Positions 24,009 to 36,329 of a stretch of 64,000 bases of DNA are shown here, piece by piece. Each line of letters starts with the position of its first letter. Position 1 is the first letter of the stretch. The translations under genes and the position numbers were made by a program. The stretch is taken from assembly GCA_032718475.1 (NCBI GenBank), contig JAUCBJ010001286.1:1-64000 (forward strand), given 5' to 3'. Below the pieces are notes generated by a model, which worked only from the letters and a program-made list of their open reading frames with translations, did not search any database and was not told the DNA's origin. This DNA comes from Nemertoderma westbladi. Taxonomy: Eukaryota > Animalia > Xenacoelomorpha.

Positions 24009-27000
24009 ATGGCTATTGCCCATGCCAACAGAGAAGGAGCACTGAAGGACATGTTTGATATGTTGATGTCGAAGAAGGGAGCCTCAGTACCCATTGTTGA
24101 TGATTGGATTGACAGATATAGAGAGATGAAAGAATTTGCCGTCATTGAATTATTAAATTTGTTTATTCATAGTTGCGGATGTAAAGGGTCAATTACTTAT
24201 GAGATGTTTTCTGCTGCTGAGTCACTCGATGTTTTAGTTGAACAAATGGTGTTGGAGTTTGACGATGTTGCTGATTATCCAATTATTCGAAGTGCAATGG
24301 AATGGAAGCGATTTAAATCTTCATTTACCAACTTCTCAGAGGCCATAGTTAAACAATGCGAGAATGCTATTATTTTCGACAACTATTTAATGCCAACAGT
24401 AACAGGATTTCTCATTTGCTTAAGTAATTCACATGTGAGAGCTTTTCGGCATACAGGAACATTAGCTGCTAACAAGTTTGTAACTGGTCTTGTAAAGACC
24501 ACGTCAACTATCGCTTCTAAAGTATCCAAAATATGTCAGCAGTTGGATACTGAGTTAGTTAAACCATCAAATAAGAGATCATCTGCACGAATGGAGAGCT
24601 TGATGACCACCAAATCGGCTTTACTGGAAAAACTCAACAAAGTCGGTGATCTAGTTGACCCTTTAATTAACAAAATATTTATTGGTAGATACAGAGATGT
24701 GCACCATGAAATTCGTGTTTTATGCATCGCTGAGCTTGGCCATTGGATTAAGCTATGTCCTGCATTTTACTTAAATGACAGCTTCCTTCGTTATCTAGGT
24801 TGGTGTCTCTCCGATAGACACTCTGAAGTGAGACTCAAGTCAATTGCGAATTTGTCAAATTTGTACTCATCATCTGATAATAAAGCTGTATGGAACGATT
24901 TCATGGGGAAATTCAAAGCACGCATATTATCAATGGCTCTTGATAAAACACAGGAAGTTGCCATACATGCTTTGAATTTGGTTTTAAAAATAGTTGCTGA
25001 TAATCCTGAAATGATCACTGATGATGAATGCCAAAATATATATCAACTAGTGTTTTGCAACAGCAGATCATTATCGAGGGCAGCTGCAAAAGTTGTTTAT
25101 GAAAAATTGAAGCTTCAGCATAATGATGACATGGAAGACAAGGATAAAGGAATTGCATATCTTCTGAAGGATTTGATCAATTTTTTTATGGATCTTGATA
25201 TGCATGAGACTACTGCATATTTTGTCGATGCATTTTGGGACTTAGACATATTTCAGCATTGGGATATCATCACTGATTTGTTACAATATCAGAATTACAC
25301 TGATAGTGAAGATGATAATAGTCTTTCTGAGAAAGAGCAAGCGGTCCTAGTTGATATGATGTTGTGTAGTATTCGGCAAACAGTTACAGGGAATTCACCA
25401 GAGGGTCGGCCAGTTTCCAAGAAAGTGAAAGCTAAAGAACAAGGTCTTGCTTGCGATGAAAAACGTGATGTCACCTCTCATTTTATTAAACTGGTTCCTA
25501 ATCTTTTGAGATCATTTATGGAAGCACCAGAACAGATTATGCATTTGCTGCAAATTGCTCAATATTTCCAGCTGGATGTCTATGCAGAGAATCGACAAGA
25601 GAAGTATCTCGATCAGCTGCTCAATGTACTAGGGGAAATAAGTACATTTCACAAGAATGTTGATATTCAAAAACAGGTAGCAAAGACATTCCATCATATT
25701 TGCAGTGAGGAATTTATATTATATCATAAGGGCAAAGCTTTTATTGATCGAATTTTAGACTGCATTTGTTTGGAATTTCGAGATGCTTGGTGTGAAGTAA
25801 CTTCTCAAGAGGAACCAACGCAAGCATTAATATATAAACGGCTGAAAGCAATCCAATCTATTGATGCATTCTATCTTTACTTTGACATATCAAAACAAGA
25901 TATCTATCCTACCTTGTTCAGGATATTATGTCTTATTTCGGAAGAGATGAATATCATCCCAGAGAATATCGCTGTGCATGCTCTTTCATCCATGCAAACA
26001 TGTCTCATTTACAGAATATGCAATTATATCGAGTTATCTGATGACAATATAAAGGCTGAATTATGGAATGATTGTACTTGTGTTCTAGAACGTTGTGTTA
26101 ATTTATCTTGCAGTCATCCATGGAAGATTATTCAGGAAGAGTCATTCCTTTTGGTTTGTGAGGTTTTGCTTTATTTTGCCGCACAGCCTAGTATTGTCAG
26201 TCCAGTTTCACATCAACCCTACATACCACCAAACAACCACATGTCTCGTCTTGCAAAATTTGTTGATGTTGTCATCTTTGAAGATGAAGTTGTTGCTGTG
26301 AAAGCTCCTCACAATCATGTTGTGGAGATGCGTCGAAAGTTTTTGCTTGCTTCATTTTGCAAGTTGATATCTTTCAATGTATTGCCTGTCAAATATGCAA
26401 TTTTTGTGTTTCAACGATATTGTGGGACTTATGGTGATATAATAAAAGACACTATTGTGGAATGTCTTTCCTTCGATCATGTGAGATGCTCAAAAACTCT
26501 TGGTAGATCGATTCAGTATTTGTTTACTGACTATTTGCAACAGTACAAAAAACCATGCCTTGAACGCAACAAGAGGATCTATGAGAAAGTGATTACATTG
26601 GGGCGTGAGTTTATTAATCTTCTAGAAACTGCGGATATTATTGGATCTGTTATTAACTCTCGGGAATCCATTGCAGCCATTCATACAGAAGGTATTATAT
26701 TTGCATTTAATCGCTCTGAAACTGGAACGGACTATCACAATATCAGTTACCTTGCTATTCTTTCCAGCTTAGGTTCCAGTGTGTTGAACCAAGACAGAGA
26801 TAGCTTGAAAAACTTCCTAGAAAATGCCATTCCTGAGGACATTAACCTAGACAGCAATATTGTATCAGAAGAGCAAAGCCTGTTATTGCATTACTTTGAA
26901 TTCCTCAATGTTGATCACAAACGTCTACAATTAAATGCTGGTGCAGCTGCTGCTACTAAAGCTACAAAGGAAATGCAACCTCCGCGAGAGCCAAAGAAGG

Positions 27001-29039
27001 CAAACATTGGAAATAAATTAAAAAGACGAGTCAAACGACCTTTAGATTTTGTTGTTGTGCCTGGTGGGGAACACAATGGAAGTTTCAATGATGATGATGA
27101 CGTTGTCACTTCTATTAGCCAAGCTTCGTATCAATCATCGAAATATTCTAGTCAAAGAAAGCGAGTTATCATTCATAAAGAGAAAACAAATAATTTGAAT
27201 TTACCTTTGAATGAAAGTAGATCTGCATCAGAAGCGAGTCTGGATAATATCACATTTGTGGCTGAAGAAATTGACCGTTTGTCACTGATAAATGAGGATC
27301 GTGGGATAGAGAATCCCATTATCCATTCATTAAGTCCTGAGTTTATTAACACCCCTAGATTAGATGTAAATATGGAGAGCAGTCAACATGTCAAACTTTC
27401 AAGTACAAATATTCAACGCAGTCCACAATATCCAGAGGATCAATCTTGTGATCTGGATAACCACAGCTCTGTTCCCATAGAACCCTTGGAGGAGAGTTGC
27501 AACCAACTGAGCGAACAAAGAGCTAGCATATTCACTGAGGAGAGATTCAACCCGGAATGCAACCCACTCAATCAGGAAAGAGTCTTCCCAGAGTACAGCC
27601 AATTCAGCCAGCAGGGAGCCGGCCGTGAGTACATCCAACTCAGCCAGCAGAGATCCAACCCATATTCCAGCCAACTCAGCCAGCAGAGATCCAACCCAAG
27701 GTCCAGCCAACTCAGCCAGCAGAGATCCAACCCAAGGTCCAGCCAACTCAGCCAGCAGAGATCCAACCCAAGGTCCAGCCAACTCAGCCAGCAGAGATCC
27801 AACCCAGAATACAGCCCACTCAGCCAGCAGAGATCAAACCTAAGGTCCAGCCAACTCAGCCAGGAACGATCAAACCCAAGCTCCAGCCAACTCAGCCAGG
27901 AGAGATCAAACCCAAGGTCCAGCCAACTCAGCCAACAGAGATCCAACCCAGAATACAGCCAACTCAGCCAGCAGAGATCAAACCTAAGGTCCAGCCAACT
28001 CAGTCAGCAGAAATCCAACCCAGAATACAGCCAACTCAGTCAGCAGAGATCCAACCCAGAATACAGCCAACTCAGCCAGCATAGATCAAACCCAAATTCC
28101 AGCCAACTCAATCAGCAGAGATTCAACTCAGAGTCCAGCCAACTCAATCAGGAACAGTACATATCGTACTCTAACTCTAGCCAAGAGAAAACCTTTCAAA
28201 AGTTAAGTGAACCAATCCAGGAGATACCCATACCATTGACCATTAAAAATATTCAACAAAGTTCACCATATGCAGAAATGCTCAGTCCGATTGCTGAGAT
28301 TAGTCCTGGGTGTAATATAGTGGGAGATATAAGTCAACAACATACATCCATTGAACAACATACAGTCGATAGTCAAGATGGGGTCGAAAATGCAGATGGA
28401 TTAGGTAGCGAAGTATGTATTGCAGGTCAAGGCGATGTCGGTAGTGGAAGTAGTGTCGGCAGTTCAAACGATACGAGCGTTACAGATGGTGAAAATTCTG
28501 TAGAAGCTTCTTGTAGTGATGGCACTCTCTACAGTGTCAAAGATGGTAACCACAAACTCCCAAACTTGTGGGAAGAACCAGAAGTGCCGAGTAGCAACAG
28601 CCAACAAGTTTATGTTGACCCAGTTTGTAAGGAATCGGGAATTCCTCTAACATCCTCGCCGGTATCCAAGAAATCCCGTTGGTCCGTTGGCATCCAGGGT
28701 CCGTTACGCTCATTGGGTGGTGGTCCCCAACGAATGAGATCGCGACAGAAACGCCTAACTTTTTCCACGGTGTTGGAGGATGCAAGTATATCATGTGACC
28801 AAGTAGTGTCAGATCATTCGGCCCTGAGTCAGCCAAGACTCCCAACCGGATACACTCCTAATTTCTTTGAGTCTACACGAGTCGATGAGTCTCCTAGCTA
28901 CATGGTTGGACTAACCCGTAATACCCCCAGGAATGCCAGGGGTGCCCAACAATCGATGGGGATGATGAGATTGATGCCTTTGGATGAGCATCTCAGTGTC
29001 ATTGAGGATGAACAAGGATTCTATTCTAATAGGAATTAA
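24009..29039 (+). CDS. STAG: Cohesin subunit SA/STAG (stromal antigen, Scc3) family, divergent, with an extended repeat-containing C-terminus
   Basis: Uninterrupted ORF (open from 23955, first ATG 24009; possible acceptor CTGCAG at ~23990). STAG motifs ELLNLFIHSCGCKG, DYPII, SHVRAFRHTGTLAA, RYRDVHHEIRVLCIAELGHWI, FLRYLGWCLSD and RRKFLLASFCKLI. Confidence 0.92.
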   Translation: MAIAHANREGALKDMFDMLMSKKGASVPIVDDWIDRYREMKEFAVIELLNLFIHSCGCKGSITYEMFSAAESLDVLVEQMVLEFDDVADYPIIRSAMEWKRFKSSFTNFSEAIVKQCENAIIFDNYLMPTVTGFLICLSNSHVRAFRHTGTLAANKFVTGLVKTTSTIASKVSKICQQLDTELVKPSNKRSSARMESLMTTKSALLEKLNKVGDLVDPLINKIFIGRYRDVHHEIRVLCIAELGHWIKLCPAFYLNDSFLRYLGWCLSDRHSEVRLKSIANLSNLYSSSDNKAVWNDFMGKFKARILSMALDKTQEVAIHALNLVLKIVADNPEMITDDECQNIYQLVFCNSRSLSRAAAKVVYEKLKLQHNDDMEDKDKGIAYLLKDLINFFMDLDMHETTAYFVDAFWDLDIFQHWDIITDLLQYQNYTDSEDDNSLSEKEQAVLVDMMLCSIRQTVTGNSPEGRPVSKKVKAKEQGLACDEKRDVTSHFIKLVPNLLRSFMEAPEQIMHLLQIAQYFQLDVYAENRQEKYLDQLLNVLGEISTFHKNVDIQKQVAKTFHHICSEEFILYHKGKAFIDRILDCICLEFRDAWCEVTSQEEPTQALIYKRLKAIQSIDAFYLYFDISKQDIYPTLFRILCLISEEMNIIPENIAVHALSSMQTCLIYRICNYIELSDDNIKAELWNDCTCVLERCVNLSCSHPWKIIQEESFLLVCEVLLYFAAQPSIVSPVSHQPYIPPNNHMSRLAKFVDVVIFEDEVVAVKAPHNHVVEMRRKFLLASFCKLISFNVLPVKYAIFVFQRYCGTYGDIIKDTIVECLSFDHVRCSKTLGRSIQYLFTDYLQQYKKPCLERNKRIYEKVITLGREFINLLETADIIGSVINSRESIAAIHTEGIIFAFNRSETGTDYHNISYLAILSSLGSSVLNQDRDSLKNFLENAIPEDINLDSNIVSEEQSLLLHYFEFLNVDHKRLQLNAGAAAATKATKEMQPPREPKKANIGNKLKRRVKRPLDFVVVPGGEHNGSFNDDDDVVTSISQASYQSSKYSSQRKRVIIHKEKTNNLNLPLNESRSASEASLDNITFVAEEIDRLSLINEDRGIENPIIHSLSPEFINTPRLDVNMESSQHVKLSSTNIQRSPQYPEDQSCDLDNHSSVPIEPLEESCNQLSEQRASIFTEERFNPECNPLNQERVFPEYSQFSQQGAGREYIQLSQQRSNPYSSQLSQQRSNPRSSQLSQQRSNPRSSQLSQQRSNPRSSQLSQQRSNPEYSPLSQQRSNLRSSQLSQERSNPSSSQLSQERSNPRSSQLSQQRSNPEYSQLSQQRSNLRSSQLSQQKSNPEYSQLSQQRSNPEYSQLSQHRSNPNSSQLNQQRFNSESSQLNQEQYISYSNSSQEKTFQKLSEPIQEIPIPLTIKNIQQSSPYAEMLSPIAEISPGCNIVGDISQQHTSIEQHTVDSQDGVENADGLGSEVCIAGQGDVGSGSSVGSSNDTSVTDGENSVEASCSDGTLYSVKDGNHKLPNLWEEPEVPSSNSQQVYVDPVCKESGIPLTSSPVSKKSRWSVGIQGPLRSLGGGPQRMRSRQKRLTFSTVLEDASISCDQVVSDHSALSQPRLPTGYTPNFFESTRVDESPSYMVGLTRNTPRNARGAQQSMGMMRLMPLDEHLSVIEDEQGFYSNRN
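27593..28168 (+). repeat. Coding minisatellite, ~16 x 36 nt, encoding (S/Y)SQLSQQRSNP(R/E)
   Basis: Unit CCAGCCAACTCAGCCAGCAGAGATCCAACCCAAGGT, in frame within the STAG ORF. Confidence 0.92.
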
Positions 29040-31443
29040 TTGATTGTTGATGTTTACTGATGTACTTACAGTATTTATTACCTTCAGTGTGTGGTACCCC
29101 TATATACTGTTCCCTGTACTATACTTTGGATGAATCGCAGCCATTTGAATTCATTTTGGTACCATGTTAATTTGGCTTGGCTTTCTTATAAAAAATTTGG
29201 TGAATTTTATACGAAAATGGTCCATTGCATTGGTTATGTTATTTTAACAGAAAATTTGTATAAAACGGTTTAATACTTATTGTTTATCTCACTGTAATAA
29301 TACTGTATGTAACACGAGCTGAGGATTATATGAAGTAAAACTTACATATTTATGTTGATATTGTAAAAATATATATATTCCACATCCATTCATCCATATT
29401 CGTCGGCATTCTACATTGTACAAGCAGCAGCGATGGACAGTCCAACGCTGCCACAACTCCTTGGAGACTTTTCTCGAATAAACTCAGGCTACATACTCCA
29501 AAGTTTAGCATTGGAGTAATCCGTGCTCCCCGGCACTCGCTAAAAGGTTATTAACGCACCCCCCCCCCCCCCCCCCCCCCCCCCCACCCCCCCCCTAACT
29601 ACCCCTTTAACACTATTTTAATTGAAAAACGTAGCGGTAAATCTCTTTTTTGTTTTCTGTTCGAGATTGACCATTTTTATTATTTCCATCTTTGATTGGT
29701 GATATGTTTAAGTTTTCAAATTAAATCACATACTCTATGGTATATAACTAAATTTATAGAGAACTCTGTTTAATCATTTCAGTTTCTTTAAGCCCTTGCG
29801 TCATATTATATACATCCCTTCAAGTAGGCGAGCCGTATATTATACTGTAGTTTCCAATCGGCTGAAATAATTATTTTATCATCATATTATTTACTAGTGA
29901 TATATTATGCAATAATTTAATGTGCTATCCCTACTGTATTGTTTATATATTGTATTAGGCCTACATATACACTACGATATAGACAGTGTACTGTAGTGTG
30001 TTATTTCCAGTGCACAATAAAACAGTAAACTGATTTATTATTCGCCTCAAGTTAAATGAAGTGTTTATAGTCTTTTGTACTATTCCGCTGCTATACTGCA
30101 GTTGTTGTTGTTCTGTGGTCAACTCTTATTGATTTTTTATGTTCCACTTTAAAAAGTATTACTTTTGGTTGAAATATATGTACACTATTTTTTACATACT
30201 GTAGTTTTTCTAAATTGTTTACGGTACTTTGGTTAATTATTAGATAATTTGTTAATAGTAATGGTAATTGTGTCTTTATTTTGTTTATATCAATATTACT
30301 GATACTTACTTACTTCCGTATACACACCCATTGGCCATTATACTCATATTCGATCGTGATCTGCTCTATCTATTTGAAAGGAATTACATTTTCTTTTCTT
30401 CTTACCTACAAACTGAAAGTGTTATTTCGCGATGTCTCGGTTTTCCTACTGTAGATACCGATGTTAAAGGCTGACGTGACCAACCGCGGTGCATTTCTGG
30501 CGAAATAAAAATACCCTCAACTTACAGAGTTGGGTTAAATTCCGGACAGACAATTATTTATTTATATTATTTATATTATATTACTATTTATTATTGAACT
30601 AACACATTTAATAATTAAAAATAATAAAAACATACACCGCTGCTTCCAATAATTTAAAATAAAATAGCAACAGAAATTACTATATTAAATATTAGAAAAA
30701 AATATTACAAACTTTGAACCACGAAAACCATTGTATGTCAATTAAACAATTGATCTAACTACAGTATTATTTACAATAATAAACAATATTGTGCGTAACA
30801 CATGTTAGCAATGCAATGCAGCATAAGCAATGTTAGTAATAACATTTAATAAAATAGGCCTAGGGTCTCGAGATAGGAGTTTCATATTTCCCACGTCTCC
30901 ACAGTTTATTCCGGATTTTGCAACGGAACTCAAGAGTAAAAATTGATCGCACCTCTCAAATGAGGCATAAAGGTAACATTGGTCATTCTTTTATAACTAT
31001 ATTGTTCAATGCATGTTAGTGTGAGTGTTAGTACTAATATTACTGTAGGTATATATGGTTTCTCATATAAATAAGAAAGTTTGTAACACTAATATACCAA
31101 CAGGCCCCAGGCCAAGCCAAGGCTAGACCAATCAACAATTTTATACCAAGCGTCAAGGCATATTAAATACTCAAAGTCACGAACAAAGCCGAACTGAACA
31201 GTAAATGTTTAGTTTAAACTATAAACATTAAGGTTATGACTTTTTACTCCGTGGCTTTGGCGATATGTTTCATTGTAGAACGTTCTAGAATATGGCATAT
31301 AAATGAGGCAGGCGTTTTTTAATACAATAAATTTTTACTCTTGATTTTTTAACATTTCCAACAATTTTGCCACACGTAAACAAACAAATGTCTACAACAA
31401 AACATTGAAAGTATTCATTTAAGCTGTTTCCTAGCAACGATTA

Positions 31444-34400
31444 TTAATCTGTCTTCTCTGGCTCCCGTTCGAAGTACATAAAGTCCTATAATATAAAATA
31501 ATAGGTTAATAATAGGTTATGCGAAAGGCATTAATTAATCGGCTCATTCCTCCCCAGAGAGTCAAAGTCAAATGTGCAGGTTTCGTAAACCATGTACAGT
31601 CTGCATTCAGTAAATCATTAAATCCCCGGCCTCGCTTTGTAACCTGCACACTACTGTCGAGGTCGAGTGGTCCAGATCGCTACTTATTATCTTCACCTGT
31701 CTATAAAATGGAGATGAAATACGACTATTAATCAGTATAGGCCTACTGCACAGTTAGTTGTTAGTAGGCCAACAGTACGTGATCTTATTAGTAGTTAACC
31801 TCCGAATATACAATTTACAGTAGTACAGACCAAATCGGAATGGTCTGTACTGTACATATCCTTTCCCTACGTCTGTCCATAAAGTGTATTATCCAACATA
31901 CTGTAATTTTGTTACATTAATATAAATAAATCATTATTTACTTACAATTAGAAAAACTGCACCCATGAGTATAGCTTTCATTTTCACATCCAAATCCTTG
32001 GGAACTGAAATAGCAATTACAAAACATGAGAAACAGTTAGTTGTTAAGGTTCTACATTCTACGCAATCAAAATGGAGACGGAGGGGGGGGGAGGGGGGGG
32101 GGGGGGGGGGGGAGGGGGGAGAACTGGACGCAAAATCCGCCTTCGAATTAATATCCCGCCTCAATGTTAAATTCTCAATTTCGGGAAAGGAGCAAGTTTC
32201 AGTGGCACGTTATTTTAACCAAAACAATAAACTATACACAATAGAACAGGATACAGTTTTATTTTTGAGAGTAATCTGCTGTTATTTGCATCGAATTTCC
32301 CATGGTCGTTTTTCATGGTCATTGATAAGTGGTCGTGTTTTCTGTAACCTACAGTTTGGCGCCATCATTATGCAGTCGATAGGCGCACAGATGTTATCCT
32401 AATTTCGCTATCAAACCACTTCCATTTAGGATAGATGCCACAATGGAATGGGTTGGTATAGACTCGGCTTATATAGGCTACTCGGTATGCACTCTGTATA
32501 GACTCGGCTACTGTAGTTCCTTTAGTTATTAGGAAATACAGTAGGCCTAAACTGAGATTTGAGAAAATTGGTAAACCTTTTACTGGTATATATATACATT
32601 AGTTGTGTTCGTGTTCATCCTCCTACCTAATTCCAATTATTTAAACAAGTATGAATAAGTATATCCTAAGTATATCCTTCCTTTTGTAAAACAATGTCGA
32701 TAATTATTATTATCACAAGGAATTAGTGCTCTTACAATTCTACAGCATTTGTTCTTCAGCAGTTATTCATCATAATAAAGTAGCGATCTTACGACTTACT
32801 TCCGTCCCCCAACTGGTATTCACTTAGCTACCATTAAGGATGCAATGGCTGAGATGCGCCCTGACAAGTTGATTTTAAAGCATTCGTGACGAAACGAAAA
32901 CTATCCTGGTCCCCATGCTGGGATCGAACCCACGACATCCGAAAATATGTGAATCCAAGGCAACGGATATAACCACTACATCAAAGTGGGACATACAGTA
33001 CTATCGCAATGTATTACTACACTAAGGTGGAAGTAATCTTAAGCTTTCCTTCTTCAGCAGTTAATATAACAAAAACAATAAACGAATACCAATAGCTCGG
33101 GTTCACTATCATTTTTTATAGTAATAAGCTAATTATTTGTTCCGATTTTCTCTGGATCACCATAAACTGAGGTGTCATCTTGCCCAGCCCACCGGCAGCG
33201 CCAATTTATTTAATGATAAAATAAGCCCTTAAGTAAAATACCTCCGTAACTTACATTTCACTCCAAAATTATCAGCAGTGGTAAATAATTCTTTACCAAA
33301 CCCGCTGAACTTCTTCGCTATCTTTCCTATTCGTTTATCTGAGCCGCCATCCTTAAAGGAATAAACACTGAATGTTTTATCGCAACACCAAAACGCTCGG
33401 CACATACATAGCGGTCCCGATATCACCATTACAGGATTCCGTTCTCGGTCCAATACCTGAAATTTAACCGCGAAAATACTGCACCTAGAAAAGTTAAAAA
33501 ATATTTGTTTTGCATTAATTGCTTAAAATCGTAGCCTACAAAATTCGTTGTCTCATTTGGTAATTAGGATTAAATTGACCAGAAATATATTTCCTTTGTA
33601 GTGCAATGAATTTGTATCGGGTCGTGAAAAATCCTGTATAAAGTTCTATCACCCATGACATTTGCTAGATCATACGCATCTTCAAGGCCAGTGTCCTTTA
33701 AGATGCGTCTCAAGAAAGTCATTAAGGAGGCCATTGCCCCCAACGGAAGTATCTGTTTTTGAAGTTTGGTAGAAAGGCTTTCTTGTGGTGGTGGTAATAT
33801 CGGTTTTCACCATTGAATGATATTTTCATTATAAAACTGCACTTTACAACAACAATATTTATGGCCGATATTCATGACTCTCCGTTGTATAAAACAACAT
33901 TTTCTCAATTTGATGATTTTCACTTTTTTCATCACTAAATTCCCTACTACTTTTTATTTTTTACTCATTTGTCATCAAACATATACCAAAATGTTCAGGA
34001 GCTTTAGGGCTACAATCGTGAGTACTGGTTTTGTTAAACATGGTCATTTGGATCTCCAAGAACCGATTTTGTAACTGCTACCCTTTGTCTATCACCAACA
34101 TATCTAGGTCTATTTTGCCAAAGTCTTGAACGTTTAGTTTATTAAAGTTTATATATAAAAGCTTTATAAATAAAACAAAATATATTTGGGGTAATGGTCC
34201 TCTTTAATTCTATGGGACTTCCTAATACTGGACAGACTATTCCCCTTACTTATCCGAATGTCTTCACCTGACTTCCGGATCCATGATTCCAAATAGGCAT
34301 AGTAGCAGAAGTCATTCACATGATCAAGCAAGCCATCCCTGGAGCTTATGCCCTTCGTGCTGCCTCTTGCGTGCTTTCAAAGTGCAATGTTAAAATTTCG

Positions 34401-36329
34401 GTGTTCTTGGCGTTTACAAAAAGACCAACACTAGAAGCAGCCTGCTCCAAATGAGCAGTTGAGCCATTGTGCTCCCTGTGGTGATTCTGACAGTACTCCT
34501 AAGTCATCAGAAAGGTCTAGATCAGTATAACGTACTTGAGTGTACGACGATACATTATATCAAAATAGAGCGATATGCCACTGAAATGAAATTCCATCAC
34601 TATTTATTTTTATAACTATAATCACTATACTAACGTTTGGCGAACAAAGCCTATCACCTCTCCAACCGGAGACTCTATTGTTAGTTCCTGAGCACAACAA
34701 CCACAACATGCGCACCAAAGACATCCATAACATGCACAACATTTGAATTCTTTAGTTACTCGAATAACTTCCTGTAAAAAATGTACCGTGAATTTCACTT
34801 TTAAACTGAAATATAAATATATTTTGTAAACAGATTTCTGCACCTTCTTTCTGCTTGCACTGTGTGTTATAAGACTAAACTTACTTTATTAAAGTTATCC
34901 ACAATGTGCATAATGAATCCACGACGGTTACCACAACACTGCCGCATACAGAAACCAGATTCCTCGTACGCATCATACAGCCGATGGCCCTCCGCATTCC
35001 TCACAGCGTATTTGTTGTTTGTTTCCCAACCAGTAAATGCTGAAATATAAATTTTTGTAAGCTGTATTTGGATGGGATGGTATATAATTGTTACTTTTTA
35101 TATGATGGTAGTATTTCACCGACCCTAACAAATACTGTTACCGAGATAATAACACCATAAGATAAAACTTCTGCTATTATGTCCTTTCGTTTTCCTCCTG
35201 TTTCGTGTTTTACTTTCATCGATAACTTCACATAGCACATAGCAGCGTAATCTGTACATCCATATCTGAGGCCGCTTTAACGCCTAGGCTTACTAGGCTG
35301 CAGCCTAAGGGACCCGGCTTAAAAGGGGACCACAAATTAATTTTACCCAAAGCAAAAGATGTGTAATCCAAAATTAATCCTTAAAAAAGTCCCTCGCACC
35401 CGCCACCTAACTTCCATTTTATATCACAAAAGTATAAACACGATTTTGAAAAATGCATTATGATGAAACCCCCAGTCTAGGTGAGCCTATATATGAGCGG
35501 TATAATTATTGGACCATCTATCGTTCAAATTTAAAATGTTTGAAAGCTAAAATGTTTCAAAGGTTTAAAATTCTACAAACAGACTGATTTCAATATTTCC
35601 CCTGTCAGTCACTAGGCGGAGTGACAGGGTCCACTAATGTATAATGGTCCCAATATACCACTTGCTGCCCAATAAAATCAGACGAATGTCTGAGATTGTA
35701 AACAATACGAGAGAAAAGCGAGGGGCAGCAATGCTTTGTTAAAAGAGTAGTTCTCTAGAACCAGATATATGATTTCAGGGCAGCGGTTTAAACCACTCCG
35801 CCATGGTGGGACCAATATTAAGCTTATAACGTGGTTAAGAATCTTAAGAATATAATAAGAAGGGGCATTTTGACGATATAAATGGCAACAAAAATTAGCC
35901 TAAATAGCAATGTAGATTATAAGCGAGGTTAACTAAACTAACTCGAACGTTGATTGGCAGGTTCGTTTGAAACTACAGAAAATTATTGCTTCGCGTCAAC
36001 TGCCAATTGCCAAAAATATAACATTCAAAAGTTAGCAATTTTCGTCAAAATTAAAAAATACTGCTTAGGGGGGCCCCAGGTGAGAAAGCCAGTGGTCCCA
36101 ATAAGGTTAAATGCGGCCCTGCATGCATACTATATTCTAAAGTATATGATTATAGGTTGAACTTACTCTCAAGCACTTCAACCACCTGATGAACCATTAT
36201 TCGATCAATATCTATTAGACACTCCATACCAGCTGGACACACATCGGCTGTTTCTGTGGGAGTAATGCAGTCAGCTGGGCCCACACCAGCTGATTCTGGG
36301 GGAGCAATGTATCTCTCTTTAGAATCCAT
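31444..36329 (-). CDS. PLSCR: Phospholipid scramblase (PLSCR family), 6 exons, 261 aa
   Basis: Hand-spliced exons 36329-36167, 35039-34885, 34771-34635, 33484-33255, 32004-31946 and 31485-31444. All introns are GT-AG with consistent phases (786 nt). Motifs CPAGMECL, FTGWETNNKY, RQCCGNRRGF, a Cys cluster, [39 protein letters not shown]. Confidence 0.93.
32780..32990 (-). mobile_element. tRNA-derived SINE-like sequence in PLSCR intron 4
   Basis: Minus strand shows TGATGTAGTGG (A box) and GTGGGTTCGATCCCAGC (B box), followed by a non-tRNA body. Confidence 0.55.
33645..33722 (-). mobile_element. RTE family B fragment (3' region)
   Basis: Near-identical to ~57285-57362. Confidence 0.75.
34260..34545 (-). 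mobile_element. RTE family B fragment (RT motif C region) in PLSCR intron 3
   Basis: Similar to ~57770-58030. Minus strand encodes YTDLDLSDDLGVLSES and VNDFCY. Confidence 0.75.
35267..36121. mobile_element. hAT-like MITE in PLSCR intron 1
   Basis: Degenerate TIRs GAGGCCGCTTTAAC / GTTAAATGCGGCCCTG. Flanks CATCCATA and CATGCATA resemble an 8-bp TSD. Confidence 0.5.

Noticed and set aside
27399-27946. Alternative-frame and antisense repeat ORFs inside STAG
   Set aside because: By-products of the 36-nt coding repeat.
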